Origin: Escherichia coli
GTDB taxonomy: Bacteria; Pseudomonadota; Gammaproteobacteria; Enterobacterales; Enterobacteriaceae
Assembly (NCBI RefSeq): GCF_003334255.1
Contig: NZ_QOWU01000042.1
Strand: one strand, 5' to 3'
DNA length: 47,091 nt
How positions within the stretch are numbered: position 1 is the first letter of the stretch; each line of letters begins with the position of its first letter. Below, one piece after another: positions 20,530 through 32,484 of this stretch. The notes below the pieces were generated by a model. That model saw nothing but the letters and a program-made list of their open reading frames with translations. It ran no database searches and was not told the origin of the DNA. Made by a program: the position numbers and the translations under genes.

Positions 20530-21477
20530 TCAGGACAGGGTGGCGGGGATGATGATTTGTTGCGGTTCGCTGCGCCCGGTTACCTGTGCGATCAATTGGC
20601 AGGCCGCCTGGCGTCCAGCTTCGGCGTAACCAGGATCTACGGTGACGATCTCCGGATGAAGGAATTTCATTAACGGCGTATTACCGACGCTCGCCAGTTG
20701 CAAGGTGTCGATGCGTTGCTCTTGCAGGTATTTACTTGCGCCAAGTGCCAGCGTGTCGGTTGCGCACAGTAAGGCGGTAGTTTCAGGCGTAATCACTTTT
20801 GCTACGTTCTCATAGCCTTGCTTCATAGCAAGCCCTGGCAGAGCGGCAACGGGATGCAGTTTATGCGCTTTGCAGAACGCCAGGTAGGCTTCGTGACGTC
20901 GCTTACCGGTCGTCACGTCACTGTGCGGCACGCCGAGATAACTGATATTACGATGCCCCTGGTCATAGAGCCGTTGCATCAGGATCTTGATTGCCCCTTC
21001 GTCGTCATAACAGACCGAAGCAAAGCCTTTTGCGTCACGCGCCAGCAGAACCAGCGATGACTGCCAGTGGGCTAACATTTCTTCTGTTATGCCGGTAAAA
21101 CCGAACAGCACTACGCCGTCGATATTACGCCGTTTTAGGATCCCCAAATGTTCGGCAACTAATTGCGGGGAAAACTGACTTTCCATCATGATTGGGTCGT
21201 AACCTTGTTCATAGAACGCTGGCAGCATGGTTTGAACGGCGAGATTTTCTGACAACGAATCCAGGCGGGTAACAATGATGGCGACCACTTTATCGCTTTG
21301 CCCACGCATAGCGCGCGCAGAGCGGGAAGGGGAAAATCCATGCTGATTCATCACTGCTTCCACGCGCTCGCGCGTGCGCTGGCTCACGCCGCTTTCGTTA
21401 TTCAGCACCCGGGAAACCGTAGATTTCCCCACGCCGCTTAAGCGCGCGATGTCTTTGATGGTCAGCCGATTTTGCAT
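20530..21477 (-). CDS. treR: trehalose operon repressor (LacI family)
   Basis: 315-aa ORF with an N-terminal LacI-type helix-turn-helix (IKDIARLSGVGKSTVSRVLN). Confidence 0.9.
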   Translation of the reverse strand: MQNRLTIKDIARLSGVGKSTVSRVLNNESGVSQRTRERVEAVMNQHGFSPSRSARAMRGQSDKVVAIIVTRLDSLSENLAVQTMLPAFYEQGYDPIMMESQFSPQLVAEHLGILKRRNIDGVVLFGFTGITEEMLAHWQSSLVLLARDAKGFASVCYDDEGAIKILMQRLYDQGHRNISYLGVPHSDVTTGKRRHEAYLAFCKAHKLHPVAALPGLAMKQGYENVAKVITPETTALLCATDTLALGASKYLQEQRIDTLQLASVGNTPLMKFLHPEIVTVDPGYAEAGRQAACQLIAQVTGRSEPQQIIIPATLS

Positions 21478-21551
21478 CCTGTTGTCCCGTAACGTGTTGT
21501 TTAATTATTTGAGGCTAACTTTACCCGTGCATTCAGCAATGGGTAAAGTCT

Positions 21552-21568
21552 GGTTTATCGTTGGTTTA
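21552..21568 (+). promoter_or_regulatory. PhoP box (ggtttatcgttggttta) of the mgtA promoter
   Basis: Direct hexamer repeat separated by 5 nt, upstream of a tattatat -10-like element. Confidence 0.5.
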
Positions 21569-21661
21569 GTTGCCAGCAGGTATTATATCGCCATAAATGC
21601 TACGAATATTATTGGATTCTCCTTATTATTTGCGGCGCTTTTTTCACTTACCGGAGGTTAT

Positions 21662-21715
21662 ATGGAACCTGATCCCACGCCTCTCCCTCGACGGAGATTA
21701 AAACTTTTTCGGTAA
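21662..21715 (+). CDS. mgtL: mgtA leader peptide (17 aa, proline-rich) within the Mg-sensing leader
   Basis: Encodes [17 protein letters not shown], about 140 nt upstream of mgtA. Confidence 0.8.
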
Positions 21716-21855
21716 GCCCGTCTTTTCACGGCGTTACCGGATGCGTAAGGCCGTGACGTTTTAACGTCCCTGCTCAGCTTTATTACCTTCAGGTAAGGCT
21801 TCGCCACGCCTGAAGACATTTCTGTACTGTTTCAGACAGTGCGGAGGGACTCCTT

Positions 21856-24552
21856 ATGTTTAAAGAAATTTTTACCCGGCTCATTCGCCATTTACCTTCC
21901 CGTCTGGTTCATCGTGATCCATTGCCTGGCGCGCAGCAGACAGTGAATACGGTGGTCCCGCCGTCCTTAAGTGCGCATTGCCTGAAAATGGCGGTGATGC
22001 CCGAAGAAGAATTGTGGAAAACGTTCGACACCCATCCGGAAGGGTTAAATCAGGCGGAAGTGGAATCTGCCCGCGAACAACATGGTGAAAATAAATTACC
22101 CGCACAACAACCGTCGCCGTGGTGGGTACATTTATGGGTCTGCTATCGCAACCCCTTTAATATTTTACTCACCATTCTCGGCGCTATTTCTTACGCCACG
22201 GAAGATTTATTTGCCGCGGGCGTTATCGCGCTAATGGTCGCCATTTCTACGTTGCTGAACTTTATTCAGGAAGCACGTTCCACTAAAGCGGCAGATGCCC
22301 TGAAAGCGATGGTCAGCAATACTGCGACGGTGCTGCGCGTAATTAACGACAAAGGCGAAAATGGCTGGCTGGAGATCCCGATCGACCAGCTGGTGCCCGG
22401 CGATATTATAAAACTGGCGGCGGGAGATATGATCCCGGCAGATTTACGTATCTTGCAGGCGCGGGATCTGTTCGTCGCTCAGGCGTCGTTAACCGGTGAG
22501 TCTCTGCCCGTAGAAAAAGCCGCAACCACTCGCCAGCCGGAGCACAGCAATCCGCTGGAGTGCGACACCCTGTGTTTTATGGGCACCACCGTGGTGAGCG
22601 GCACGGCACAAGCAATGGTGATTGCTACAGGTGCCAATACCTGGTTTGGTCAACTGGCGGGGCGTGTTAGTGAGCAGGAAAGCGAGCCGAATGCCTTTCA
22701 GCAAGGGATCAGCCGCGTCAGTATGCTGCTGATTCGCTTTATGCTGGTGATGGCACCGGTGGTGCTGTTAATCAATGGCTACACCAAAGGCGACTGGTGG
22801 GAAGCGGCGCTGTTTGCGCTTTCGGTCGCGGTAGGCCTAACGCCGGAAATGTTGCCGATGATTGTTACCTCGACGCTGGCGCGCGGCGCAGTAAAGCTGT
22901 CGAAACAGAAAGTGATCGTCAAACATCTGGATGCTATTCAGAACTTTGGCGCAATGGATATTCTGTGCACTGATAAAACCGGCACCCTGACACAGGACAA
23001 AATTGTGCTGGAGAATCATACCGATATCTCCGGTAAAACCAGCGAACGCGTGCTGCATAGCGCGTGGTTGAACAGTCATTATCAGACCGGACTTAAAAAC
23101 CTGCTCGATACAGCGGTGCTCGAAGGTACGGATGAAGAGTCAGCGCGCTCGCTGGCCAGCCGTTGGCAAAAAATTGATGAGATTCCGTTTGATTTCGAGC
23201 GTCGTCGGATGTCGGTGGTAGTGGCAGAAAATACCGAACACCATCAGCTGGTTTGCAAAGGTGCATTGCAGGAAATCCTCAATGTGTGTTCGCAGGTGCG
23301 TCACAATGGCGAGATTGTGCCGCTCGATGACATCATGCTGCGTAAGATTAAGCGGGTTACTGATACGCTGAATCGTCAGGGGCTGCGCGTGGTTGCGGTG
23401 GCGACGAAATACCTGCCAGCGCGTGAAGGAGATTACCAGCGGGCGGATGAATCCGACCTGATCCTCGAAGGATATATTGCTTTCCTTGATCCGCCAAAAG
23501 AGACAACTGCTCCGGCACTGAAGGCATTAAAAGCGAGTGGAATTACCGTAAAAATCCTTACTGGCGACAGTGAGTTAGTTGCAGCGAAAGTGTGCCATGA
23601 AGTGGGGCTGGACGCGGGAGAGGTGGTCATTGGTAGTGATATTGAAACGCTATCTGACGACGAACTGGCTAATCTCGCACAGCGCACCACGCTGTTTGCT
23701 CGTCTGACGCCGATGCATAAAGAACGCATTGTGACCTTACTGAAGCGCGAAGGGCATGTGGTTGGCTTTATGGGCGATGGTATTAATGATGCGCCCGCCT
23801 TACGCGCTGCGGATATCGGCATTTCTGTGGACGGCGCGGTAGATATCGCCCGTGAAGCGGCTGATATCATCCTGCTGGAAAAAAGCCTGATGGTGCTGGA
23901 AGAGGGGGTTATTGAGGGACGTCGCACTTTCGCCAACATGCTGAAATACATCAAAATGACGGCGAGCTCTAACTTCGGTAATGTGTTCAGCGTGCTGGTG
24001 GCGAGTGCTTTCTTGCCCTTCCTGCCGATGTTGCCGTTACACTTGCTTATTCAGAACCTGCTGTACGATGTGTCACAGGTGGCGATCCCGTTTGATAACG
24101 TCGACGACGAGCAAATTCAAAAGCCGCAGCGTTGGAATCCGGCGGATCTGGGGCGCTTTATGATCTTCTTCGGACCGATCAGCTCGATCTTCGATATTCT
24201 GACGTTTTGCCTGATGTGGTGGGTATTCCATGCCAACACGCCGGAAACGCAAACGCTGTTCCAGTCGGGATGGTTTGTGGTGGGCTTACTGTCGCAAACG
24301 CTGATTGTGCATATGATCCGTACCCGCCGTGTGCCGTTTATTCAGAGCTGTGCATCGTGGCCGTTAATGATCATGACCGTGATCGTGATGATTGTCGGGA
24401 TCGCATTGCCGTTTTCACCGCTGGCCAGTTATCTGCAGCTGCAGGCGCTGCCGTTAAGCTATTTCCCGTGGCTGGTTGCGATTCTGGCAGGGTATATGAC
24501 GTTAACCCAGTTGGTGAAAGGGTTCTATAGCCGTCGTTACGGCTGGCAGTAA
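21856..24552 (+). CDS. mgtA: Mg2+-importing P-type ATPase
   Basis: 898-aa ORF with P-type ATPase motifs (DKTGTLT, GDGINDAPAL). Confidence 0.95.
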   Translation: MFKEIFTRLIRHLPSRLVHRDPLPGAQQTVNTVVPPSLSAHCLKMAVMPEEELWKTFDTHPEGLNQAEVESAREQHGENKLPAQQPSPWWVHLWVCYRNPFNILLTILGAISYATEDLFAAGVIALMVAISTLLNFIQEARSTKAADALKAMVSNTATVLRVINDKGENGWLEIPIDQLVPGDIIKLAAGDMIPADLRILQARDLFVAQASLTGESLPVEKAATTRQPEHSNPLECDTLCFMGTTVVSGTAQAMVIATGANTWFGQLAGRVSEQESEPNAFQQGISRVSMLLIRFMLVMAPVVLLINGYTKGDWWEAALFALSVAVGLTPEMLPMIVTSTLARGAVKLSKQKVIVKHLDAIQNFGAMDILCTDKTGTLTQDKIVLENHTDISGKTSERVLHSAWLNSHYQTGLKNLLDTAVLEGTDEESARSLASRWQKIDEIPFDFERRRMSVVVAENTEHHQLVCKGALQEILNVCSQVRHNGEIVPLDDIMLRKIKRVTDTLNRQGLRVVAVATKYLPAREGDYQRADESDLILEGYIAFLDPPKETTAPALKALKASGITVKILTGDSELVAAKVCHEVGLDAGEVVIGSDIETLSDDELANLAQRTTLFARLTPMHKERIVTLLKREGHVVGFMGDGINDAPALRAADIGISVDGAVDIAREAADIILLEKSLMVLEEGVIEGRRTFANMLKYIKMTASSNFGNVFSVLVASAFLPFLPMLPLHLLIQNLLYDVSQVAIPFDNVDDEQIQKPQRWNPADLGRFMIFFGPISSIFDILTFCLMWWVFHANTPETQTLFQSGWFVVGLLSQTLIVHMIRTRRVPFIQSCASWPLMIMTVIVMIVGIALPFSPLASYLQLQALPLSYFPWLVAILAGYMTLTQLVKGFYSRRYGWQ

Positions 24553-24599
24553 AGAATAAACTGGGCACGATAGCCCCGATTCAGATTGCAGACAAAGTG

Positions 24600-24705
24600 A
24601 GCGTTGTTCATGCCGGATGCGGCGTAAATGCCTTATCCGGCCTACAAATTCAATCAATTGCAGGAATCACGTAGGCCTGATAAGCGTAGCGCATCAGGCA
24701 ATTTT
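24600..24705. repeat. REP/BIME units
   Basis: gccggatgcggcg...ccttatccggcctac and gcctgataagcg motifs. Confidence 0.65.
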
Positions 24706-24757
24706 GCGTTTGTCATCAGATTTAATCCGGGCATGATAGCCCGGATTTCCATCAAGA

Positions 24758-25144
24758 TTAGCGACGAACAGCGATCGCTTCGATCTCAATTTTTACGTCT
24801 TTCGGCAGACGGGCAACTTCAACGCAAGAACGTGCCGGGAAGGTGGCATTGTGTTCGGTGAAGAAGGCTTCGTAGGTAGCATTAACGGTTGCGAAGTCGT
24901 TCAGATCTTTCACAAACACGGTGGTTTTAACGATGTCGCCCACTTTCAGGCCTGCGGCTTCGACGATCGCTTTTACGTTATCCAGCGACTGACGTGCCTG
25001 TGCAGCGACGTCTGCCGGTACTTCGCCCGTTTTCGGATTTACCGGGATCTGGCCGGAGGTGATGATCATATTGCCCAGATCAACGCCCTGTACGTAAGGA
25101 CCGATAGCTGCCGGTGCATTTTCCGTCGCGATAGTTTTGCTCAT
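24758..25144 (-). CDS. ridA: enamine/imine deaminase RidA (YjgF)
   Basis: 128-aa ORF starting MSKTIATENAPAAIGPYVQG; the ORF-track upstream extension was rejected. Confidence 0.9.
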   Translation of the reverse strand: MSKTIATENAPAAIGPYVQGVDLGNMIITSGQIPVNPKTGEVPADVAAQARQSLDNVKAIVEAAGLKVGDIVKTTVFVKDLNDFATVNATYEAFFTEHNATFPARSCVEVARLPKDVKIEIEAIAVRR

Positions 25145-25216
25145 GATTTCTCCTTTATTACAGCGGTAAAAAGTCTGGCTCATTATAGGGAGCCAGACTT
25201 TTATTACCAACCGCAA

Positions 25217-25678
25217 TTAATTGGCCAGCACCACATTATGGGAAAACTCTTTTTCACAGTATTTGCATTTGAGCGCGATGTCATTGGCGCGTTTTCGCAC
25301 GGCAAAGCTGGAAGAAACCGGTTCGGCATGGCTGATACAGTTGCTGTTCGGGCAGACCAGCACATTGTCGATGCGCTCCGGCAGACTGGGGCGCGATTTA
25401 CCCACCACTTCATAGTTGTCGATACGGTTAACCGTGGCTTGCGGCGCATACAATGCCAGTTGATCTACCTGATCTTCACTCAAAAAGGTATTTTCGATTT
25501 TGATCAGATCTTTGCGGCCCATCTCGCCAGAAGGCAGGTTCAGACCAATGGTGATGCGCTGATCCGTTTCGGTCAGCTTGAACAGACTCAACAGCTTAAA
25601 ACCGATCTGGGCGGGGATATGGTCAATTACCGTGCCGCGTTTAATAGCTTCAACCTGCAATTTATTATCGTGTGTCAT
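25217..25678 (-). CDS. pyrI: aspartate carbamoyltransferase regulatory subunit
   Basis: 153-aa ORF with a C-terminal Zn-binding Cys cluster (CPNSNC...CKYC). Confidence 0.95.
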
Positions 25679-25690
25679 CTCTATTTCCCC

Positions 25691-26626
25691 TTACAGTACC
25701 AGATCGCGATTCAGAACCAGTGCCAGTAACGCCTGGCGAGCGAAAATCCCGTTGCCTGCCTGCTGGAAGTACCAGGCGTGTGGCGTTTTATCAACATCCG
25801 TCGCAATCTCATCAACACGCGGCAGCGGATGCAGCACTTTCATATTGGCTTTGGCGTTGTGGAGATCGCTGGCGCGAAGAACAAACTGCGCTTTCACGTT
25901 GGCGTACTCGGACGGGTCCAGACGCTCTTTTTGCACGCGGGTCATGTACAGGATGTCTACTTCCGCCATCACTTCTTCAATAGAGCTGTGCAGACTCCAG
26001 GCGATCCCTTTTTCATCGAGCATATCAAGGATGTATTGCGGCATTGCCAGCGCGTCCGGCGCGATGAAGTAAAAACGGTTGCCGTCGAACTTCGCTAACG
26101 CCTGAGTCAGGGAGTGAACGGTGCGGCCATATTTCAGGTCACCAACCATTGCGACGTGGAGATTGTCCAGACGCCCCTGGGTTTCCTGAATGGTGAATAA
26201 GTCCAGCAAGGTTTGCGTCGGATGTTGGTTGGAGCCATCACCGGCATTCAGTACCGGTACATTGCCAGAAAATTCGGTGGCCAGGCGCGCCGCACCTTCC
26301 TGCGGATGACGCATCACTATCGCATCAACGTAAGTGCTGATAACCGAAATGGTATCGGCCAGCGTTTCGCCCTTTTTACCCAGTGATGTATTGGCGCTGT
26401 CGGAGAAGCCCACCACGCTGGCACCCAGGCGGTGCATGGAAGTTTCGAAAGAGAGGCGGGTACGGGTAGAGGCTTCGAAGAAACAGCTGGCAATGACTTT
26501 GTGCTTCAACAGCTCTGGTTGCGGGTTTGCTTTCAGTTTCGCCGCTGTCGCCAGCACCAGATTAAGGTCATCGCGACTAAGGTCGTTTATGGAAATGATA
26601 TGTTTCTGATATAGCGGATTAGCCAT
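25691..26626 (-). CDS. pyrB: aspartate carbamoyltransferase catalytic subunit
   Basis: 311-aa ORF with the carbamoyltransferase STRTR motif. Confidence 0.95.
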
Positions 26627-26629
26627 CTT

Positions 26630-26764
26630 TTATCTCCTGACGCCTGGGCAAAAAAAAGCCCCTCGATTGAGGGGCTGGGAATGGGTGATCAACGGGAAGA
26701 AAAACGGCAGGCCAGCGTCTTTTTTCAGACGCGGTAAGACAAAATGTCGAACACACTGAACCAT
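26630..26764 (-). CDS. pyrL: pyrBI operon leader peptide (44 aa)
   Basis: Encodes MVQCVRHFVLPRLKKDAGLPFFFPLITHSQPLNRGAFFCPGVRR; ATG preceded by GGAGG. Confidence 0.8.
   Translation of the reverse strand: MVQCVRHFVLPRLKKDAGLPFFFPLITHSQPLNRGAFFCPGVRR
26650..26675 (-). terminator. pyrBI attenuator hairpin plus U-tract
   Basis: gcccctc-gatt-gaggggc stem-loop followed by 8 T on the minus strand, inside the 3' end of pyrL. Confidence 0.6.
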
Positions 26765-27044
26765 ACATCCTCCCGGCAAATTGTCCGGCATTATACTCAT
26801 CGTCAGAAGCGGCGCAAGCATTTGATGCAATATTTTGTCAGCGCAAACGGTTTATTTGAATTAAAAGTCAAGGTATATGCATTTTTATTTGATGTGATTC
26901 TGCAGGGGAACTGTCCTTCGGTATCAATAATTGCAGACATTCCCTGCTTTTTCCTTTTTCACTTTCACGCAATCAGATATGCATTTTATTCCATTCATCC
27001 GACTTATAGGGCGGAGTGTGAAAGCGAACGGCTAACACTCTTGC

Positions 27045-27440
27045 TTACTGCTCAGGGATGCGCGCTATCACTTTAATTTCAAAATCAAAGCCTGCCAGCC
27101 ATGTAACACCCACCGCCGTCCAGTTTGGATAAGGTGGGGCGCTAAATATTTCATTTTTCACCGTCATGATGTCTTCAAATTGGTTTTCTGGATCGGTATG
27201 GAAGCTCGTAACATCAATGATATCGTCAAAAGTGCATCCCGCAGCAGCCAGGGTCGCATGCAAATTATCAAATGCCAGTCTGACTTGTTGCTGAAAATCG
27301 GGTTCTGGTGTTCCGTCCTCTCGACTTCCTACTTGCCCGGAAACAAACAGCAAATCGCCGGAACGAATAGCCGCAGAATAACGATGCTCAGCATACAGTG
27401 AATGTCGGCCAGCAGGGAAAACAGCGGTTCTTTCTACCAT
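27045..27440 (-). CDS. yjgH: RidA/YjgF-family protein
   Basis: 131-aa ORF; K-12 gene-order context. Confidence 0.8.
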   Translation of the reverse strand: MVERTAVFPAGRHSLYAEHRYSAAIRSGDLLFVSGQVGSREDGTPEPDFQQQVRLAFDNLHATLAAAGCTFDDIIDVTSFHTDPENQFEDIMTVKNEIFSAPPYPNWTAVGVTWLAGFDFEIKVIARIPEQ

Positions 27441-27570
27441 TTGGTTATCCTCAAGATTTACGACATGAACAGAAGATTTCTCTTTACCGGGAGCCGCTTT
27501 TAGCGGACGACGTGAGTAAACAAAACCCAGACATCATGGATAATGGCTGGGCTTAATTGAGCGTAGTCGG

Positions 27571-28284
27571 TTATGCGCCAAACGCGCCATCAATGGTATG
27601 CATCGCGCCGGTAACAAAACTGGCTTCTGGCCCTGCTAACCATGCGACCATACCAGCGACCTCTTCCGGTTGCCCATGTCTTTTGATAGCCATCAAACTA
27701 TGCAACATATCGCGCATTGGCCCGTTGGCGGGATTAGCGTCGGTATCAATTGGCCCTGGCTGGACGACGTTAATGGTGATCCCACGCGGTCCAAAATCAC
27801 GGGCCAGCCCGCGCGCCATGCCTTGCAGGGCAGATTTGCTGGCGGCATAAGCAGCCATGCCTGCAACAGGCATACGATCGCCATTCACGGAGCCGATGAT
27901 TAAGATGCGCCCGCCTTCGGGCATCTGCCGGGCGGCTTCAACAGAGGCATGATAAGGAGCATGAATATTGATTTTGAAAAGGCGATCAATATCGTCGGCA
28001 TTTAATTCCAGGGCATCGCCAAAGACGCCAATACCTGCATTTACCACCAGGATATCCAATGCGCCGCTCTTACGAACGACATCAATGACAGCGTCTCTGT
28101 CAGCACTATCTGTAAATACTGCTGTCGCTCCAGTCTCTTGTGCCAGATGTTCAGCGGCATCTTTCGACCCCGCATAGGTGAATCGTACATTGGCCCCATC
28201 AGTGACGAAACGACGTACGATAGCGGCACCGATTCCACGACTGCCACCGAGGATGAGAACTGTCTTACCTGTAAAAGCGCCCAT
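27571..28284 (-). CDS. bdcA: short-chain dehydrogenase/reductase, c-di-GMP-binding biofilm dispersal mediator
   Basis: 237-aa ORF starting MGAFTGKTVLILGGSRGIGAAI (Rossmann motif); ATG preceded by AAGGAG. Confidence 0.85.
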   Translation of the reverse strand: MGAFTGKTVLILGGSRGIGAAIVRRFVTDGANVRFTYAGSKDAAEHLAQETGATAVFTDSADRDAVIDVVRKSGALDILVVNAGIGVFGDALELNADDIDRLFKINIHAPYHASVEAARQMPEGGRILIIGSVNGDRMPVAGMAAYAASKSALQGMARGLARDFGPRGITINVVQPGPIDTDANPANGPMRDMLHSLMAIKRHGQPEEVAGMVAWLAGPEASFVTGAMHTIDGAFGA

Positions 28285-28354
28285 AAGGACTCCTTGATTT
28301 ATTATGTAACATGCATTACAAAACTGTTTTAACTTTCTGTCAACAAGTTTTGTA

Positions 28355-28948
28355 ATGGTCACTAAAAAACAATCTCGCGTTCCAGGTCGTCCCAGACGTT
28401 TCGCTCCTGAGCAGGCAGTCTCTGCGGCAAAAGTGCTTTTTCACCAAAAAGGTTTCGATGCTGTCAGTGTTGCTGAAGTTACTGATTATCTTGGTATTAA
28501 CCCCCCGAGCCTCTACGCAGCTTTTGGCAGTAAAGTTGGGTTATTTAGCCGTGTACTCAATGAATATGTCGGTACGGAAGCTATTCCGCTTGCCGATATT
28601 CTTCGTGATGATCGTCCGGTAGGCGAGTGCCTGGTTGAGGTATTAAAAGAAGCGGCGCGCAGATATAGCCAAAACGGCGGCTGCGCTGGCTGTATGGTTC
28701 TTGAAGGTATTCATAGTCATGATCCACAAGCGCGTGATATTGCCGTTCAATATTATCACGCCGCAGAAACGACCATTTATGACTATATCGCCAGGCGGCA
28801 TCCACAAAGCGCACAATGTGTGACTGATTTTATGAGTACCGTGATGTCAGGGCTTTCTGCGAAGGCACGGGAGGGGCACTCCATCGAACAACTCTGTGCA
28901 ACAGCTGCACTGGCGGGGGAAGCGATAAAAACTATTCTCAAGGAGTGA
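28355..28948 (+). CDS. bdcR: TetR-family transcriptional regulator
   Basis: 197-aa ORF with a TetR-type N-terminal helix-turn-helix; divergent from bdcA. Confidence 0.85.
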   Translation: MVTKKQSRVPGRPRRFAPEQAVSAAKVLFHQKGFDAVSVAEVTDYLGINPPSLYAAFGSKVGLFSRVLNEYVGTEAIPLADILRDDRPVGECLVEVLKEAARRYSQNGGCAGCMVLEGIHSHDPQARDIAVQYYHAAETTIYDYIARRHPQSAQCVTDFMSTVMSGLSAKAREGHSIEQLCATAALAGEAIKTILKE

Positions 28949-29080
28949 TGCTGGCCTTGACCCGAAAGGCGGGAACGCGCCTGCCGATAAGTTGTGATAA
29001 GACAATAATTCACGCGTTAAGGCTAGCGGAATTGATCATCTTTTCGTATAACGATAGAAATGAAACATTGTTTTAATTAA

Positions 29081-29545
<465 letters not shown>

Positions 29546-29667
29546 TGACTTTTCGCCGTAAATAACACCAGGTTTACGGCGAGTTTGTGAAAAGAGCGTT
29601 TTTTGATATTTTTTTGTGAGTAAAATTTGTAATGCTTAGACGTTCTTATTAACTCAAGGAGTCCGTC

Positions 29668-31263
29668 ATGAGCAAAATATCAGATTTGAATTATTCTCAA
29701 CACATTACATTAGCCGACAATTTTAAACAAAAAAGTGAAGTTTTAAATACCTGGCGTGTTGGAATGAATAATTTTGCTCGTAATGCCGAGGGGCAGGATA
29801 ATACAAGAAATATCCTCGATCCTAAGACATTTTTAGAGTTTTTGGTAAAAATATTTACCCTGGGTTATGTGGATTTTAGCAACCGCTCCAACGAAGCGGG
29901 AAGAAATATGATGGCTCATATTGAGTCCTCATCTTATATCAAAAATAATGATGGCAGTGAGATAATGAAGTTTGTTATGAATAATCCTGAAGGGGAGCGA
30001 GCGGATTTATCTAAGGTGGAAATAGAAATTACACTTTCAACTATCACTACTATGGGGACTCGTCAAGGACATACGGCTATTATATTTCAACAACCTGATG
30101 GTTCGACTAATCGTTATGAAGGAAAGTCCTTTGAAAGAAAAGATGAGAGTTCATTACACCTGATTACTAACAAGGTTCTGGCGTGTTATCAACGTGAAGC
30201 TAACAAGGAAGTGGCGCTTCTATTAAATAATCATCAGTTGAACTGGAAGGACGCAATTGATTATAACGAGTTATTAGAAAAGCCATTAGCCAGTACATTA
30301 GAAAAAATAAAGAAAGAACATCTGCTATTAATGCCTCATGTATGTGATGACACGATTCCATACTTACTAGGCGAAGGTGGTATACTTGAAGAAATAAATG
30401 GTCTGAAAACGTTACATGATACCAAAATTGATAGTGGTACAGAAGGTAATGATGAAATTAATAACATCAAAATTAACCTGTCTAATATTCTTATTGATTC
30501 CTTAGATGATGCAAAAATTAATCTCGAAAAGGTCATCGATTCGATGTTGGAGACTTTTTTTAAATTGCCATATATTAATGATGTAAAAATTCTGGAGTGG
30601 TGTTTTAATCAAAGTATGCAATATTCTGATGATACTACAAAGATAAAGCATGCCCGCTCCGTGATCGATCATATTGATTTTAACTGCGATCAGTCTAAAA
30701 TAGCTGAGACATTATTTTTCAACCTCAATAAAGAACCCTATAAAAACAGCCCTGAGTTACAGGAATTGATTTGGGAGAAGTTGGTTGTATATGTCAATGA
30801 TTTTAATTTAAGTAATCAAGAAAAATCGCGCTTAATACTAAGGCTTTTTGATGATGTTAAATTGGTTTTTGATAAAGTGCCTCTCAGCATTTTAGTGAAT
30901 GATATTTTTTTGAAGGATTTTTTCATGAAGCAACCTGATTTTGCTAAGTGGTACTTCTATCAATTACTTAAGAGTTATGAGGGCGAGCAGATGTATCTTA
31001 ATGAGTTAGGATATGTTTATGGTGATGAAGAAAAAACAAAAGAAATTGTAAATAAACTTCCGGGTTATGTCGTTAAGATTTTTGAAGAAAAGATCGATAA
31101 TGAATTAAAAATTAGAACAAGAATGATGGAAATCCTCCGGGATGAGCAAATCAATATATATGAATATATTAATGAAAAACAGTTAGAAAAATTAAATCCT
31201 CAGGGAAATTTACGTATAGCAATAGAAAAATTTGGGTGGAATAATAAACCTATCACTGCATAA
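29668..31263 (+). CDS. yjgL: uncharacterised AT-rich protein YjgL-like (531 aa)
   Basis: Long AT-rich ORF, N/K/E/I-rich; assigned by position between tabA and argI. Confidence 0.6.
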   Translation: MSKISDLNYSQHITLADNFKQKSEVLNTWRVGMNNFARNAEGQDNTRNILDPKTFLEFLVKIFTLGYVDFSNRSNEAGRNMMAHIESSSYIKNNDGSEIMKFVMNNPEGERADLSKVEIEITLSTITTMGTRQGHTAIIFQQPDGSTNRYEGKSFERKDESSLHLITNKVLACYQREANKEVALLLNNHQLNWKDAIDYNELLEKPLASTLEKIKKEHLLLMPHVCDDTIPYLLGEGGILEEINGLKTLHDTKIDSGTEGNDEINNIKINLSNILIDSLDDAKINLEKVIDSMLETFFKLPYINDVKILEWCFNQSMQYSDDTTKIKHARSVIDHIDFNCDQSKIAETLFFNLNKEPYKNSPELQELIWEKLVVYVNDFNLSNQEKSRLILRLFDDVKLVFDKVPLSILVNDIFLKDFFMKQPDFAKWYFYQLLKSYEGEQMYLNELGYVYGDEEKTKEIVNKLPGYVVKIFEEKIDNELKIRTRMMEILRDEQINIYEYINEKQLEKLNPQGNLRIAIEKFGWNNKPITA

Positions 31264-31318
31264 AATAATGTGATGCCGGGATGGTTTGTATTTCCCGGCA
31301 TCTTTATAGCAATATCAA

Positions 31319-32323
31319 TTATTTACTGAGCGTCGCGACCATCACCGCTTTGATGGTATGCATGCGGTTTTCCGCCTGATCAAAAACAATGCTGGCGGCA
31401 GATTCGAAGACCTCATCAGTCACTTCCATTCCGCCATGTAGGCCAAACTCTTCCGCCATTTTCTTACCAAGCGTCGTCTGGTCGTCATGAAAAGCGGGCA
31501 GGCAGTGGAGGAATTTGACCTCCGGGTTACCGGTCAACTGCATCATCTTGCTGTTCACCTGATAATCACGCAGTAATGCAATCCGTTCTGCCCATTTCTC
31601 TTTTGCTTCCCCCATCGACACCCACACATCGGTATAGATAAAGTCAGCACCTTCTACTCCCTTGGCTACATCTTCCGTTAGCGTAATATTCCCGCCATTT
31701 TGCTGTGCCAGAGCGCGGCATTCCGTAACCAGCGCAGCTTCCGGCCAGCATGCCTGTGGCGCGACCAGACGCAAATCCAGACCGGTAAGCGCCGCAGCTT
31801 CGAGCATCGAATTGCCCATGTTGTTACGTGCGTCACCTGCATAGACCAGCGTCATTTCGTTGAACGCTTTGCCAGGTAAATGCTCCTGCATGGTGAGGAG
31901 ATCCGCCAGCAGCTGCGTGGGGTGAAACTCATTGGTCAGGCCGTTCCATACCGGCACGCCAGCGTATTCCGCCAGTGTTTCAACAATCTCCTGACCATAG
32001 CCGCGATACTGAATACCGTCATACATGCGACCAAGCACGCGGGCAGTGTCTTTAATCGACTCTTTATGACCAATCTGGCTGCCGCTTGGGCCGAGATAAG
32101 TAACGCGAGCACCCTGGTCATATGCGGCAACTTCGAAAGAGCATCGGGTACGGGTCGAGTCTTTTTCGAAGATGAGCGCGATGTTTTTACCAGTGAGTTT
32201 GGCTTCTTCTTTACCGCTTTTCTTATCGGCTTTCAGCTTCGCGGCTAACTGCAACAGGCTGTTGAGTTCAGCTGGCGTGAAATCGAGTAATTTCAGGAAA
32301 TGCTTATGATAAAACCCGGACAT
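31319..32323 (-). CDS. argI: ornithine carbamoyltransferase
   Basis: 334-aa ORF with STRTR and HCLP motifs. Confidence 0.95.
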
Positions 32324-32348
32324 AGATCCCTCCTGTGGCTATCGCCTC

Positions 32349-32386
32349 AATGAATTAAAATTCAATTTATATGGATGATTATTCAT
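32349..32386. promoter_or_regulatory. tandem ARG boxes (ArgR operator) upstream of argI
   Basis: aatgaattaaaattcaat and tatggatgattattcatt resemble the ARG-box consensus. Confidence 0.45.
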
Positions 32387-32484
32387 TTGCAAGTCTAAAG
32401 CATAAATCTTTGTCACAAAGGTGGAGGCAATGTCAGTGGTGTGTGACAATAAGAGTATCGGCAGGACATTAAGAGGAATGAGCC

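Noticed and set aside
24851-25729. 292-aa ORF on the plus strand
   Set aside because: Antisense across ridA and pyrI; both sense genes are confidently identified.
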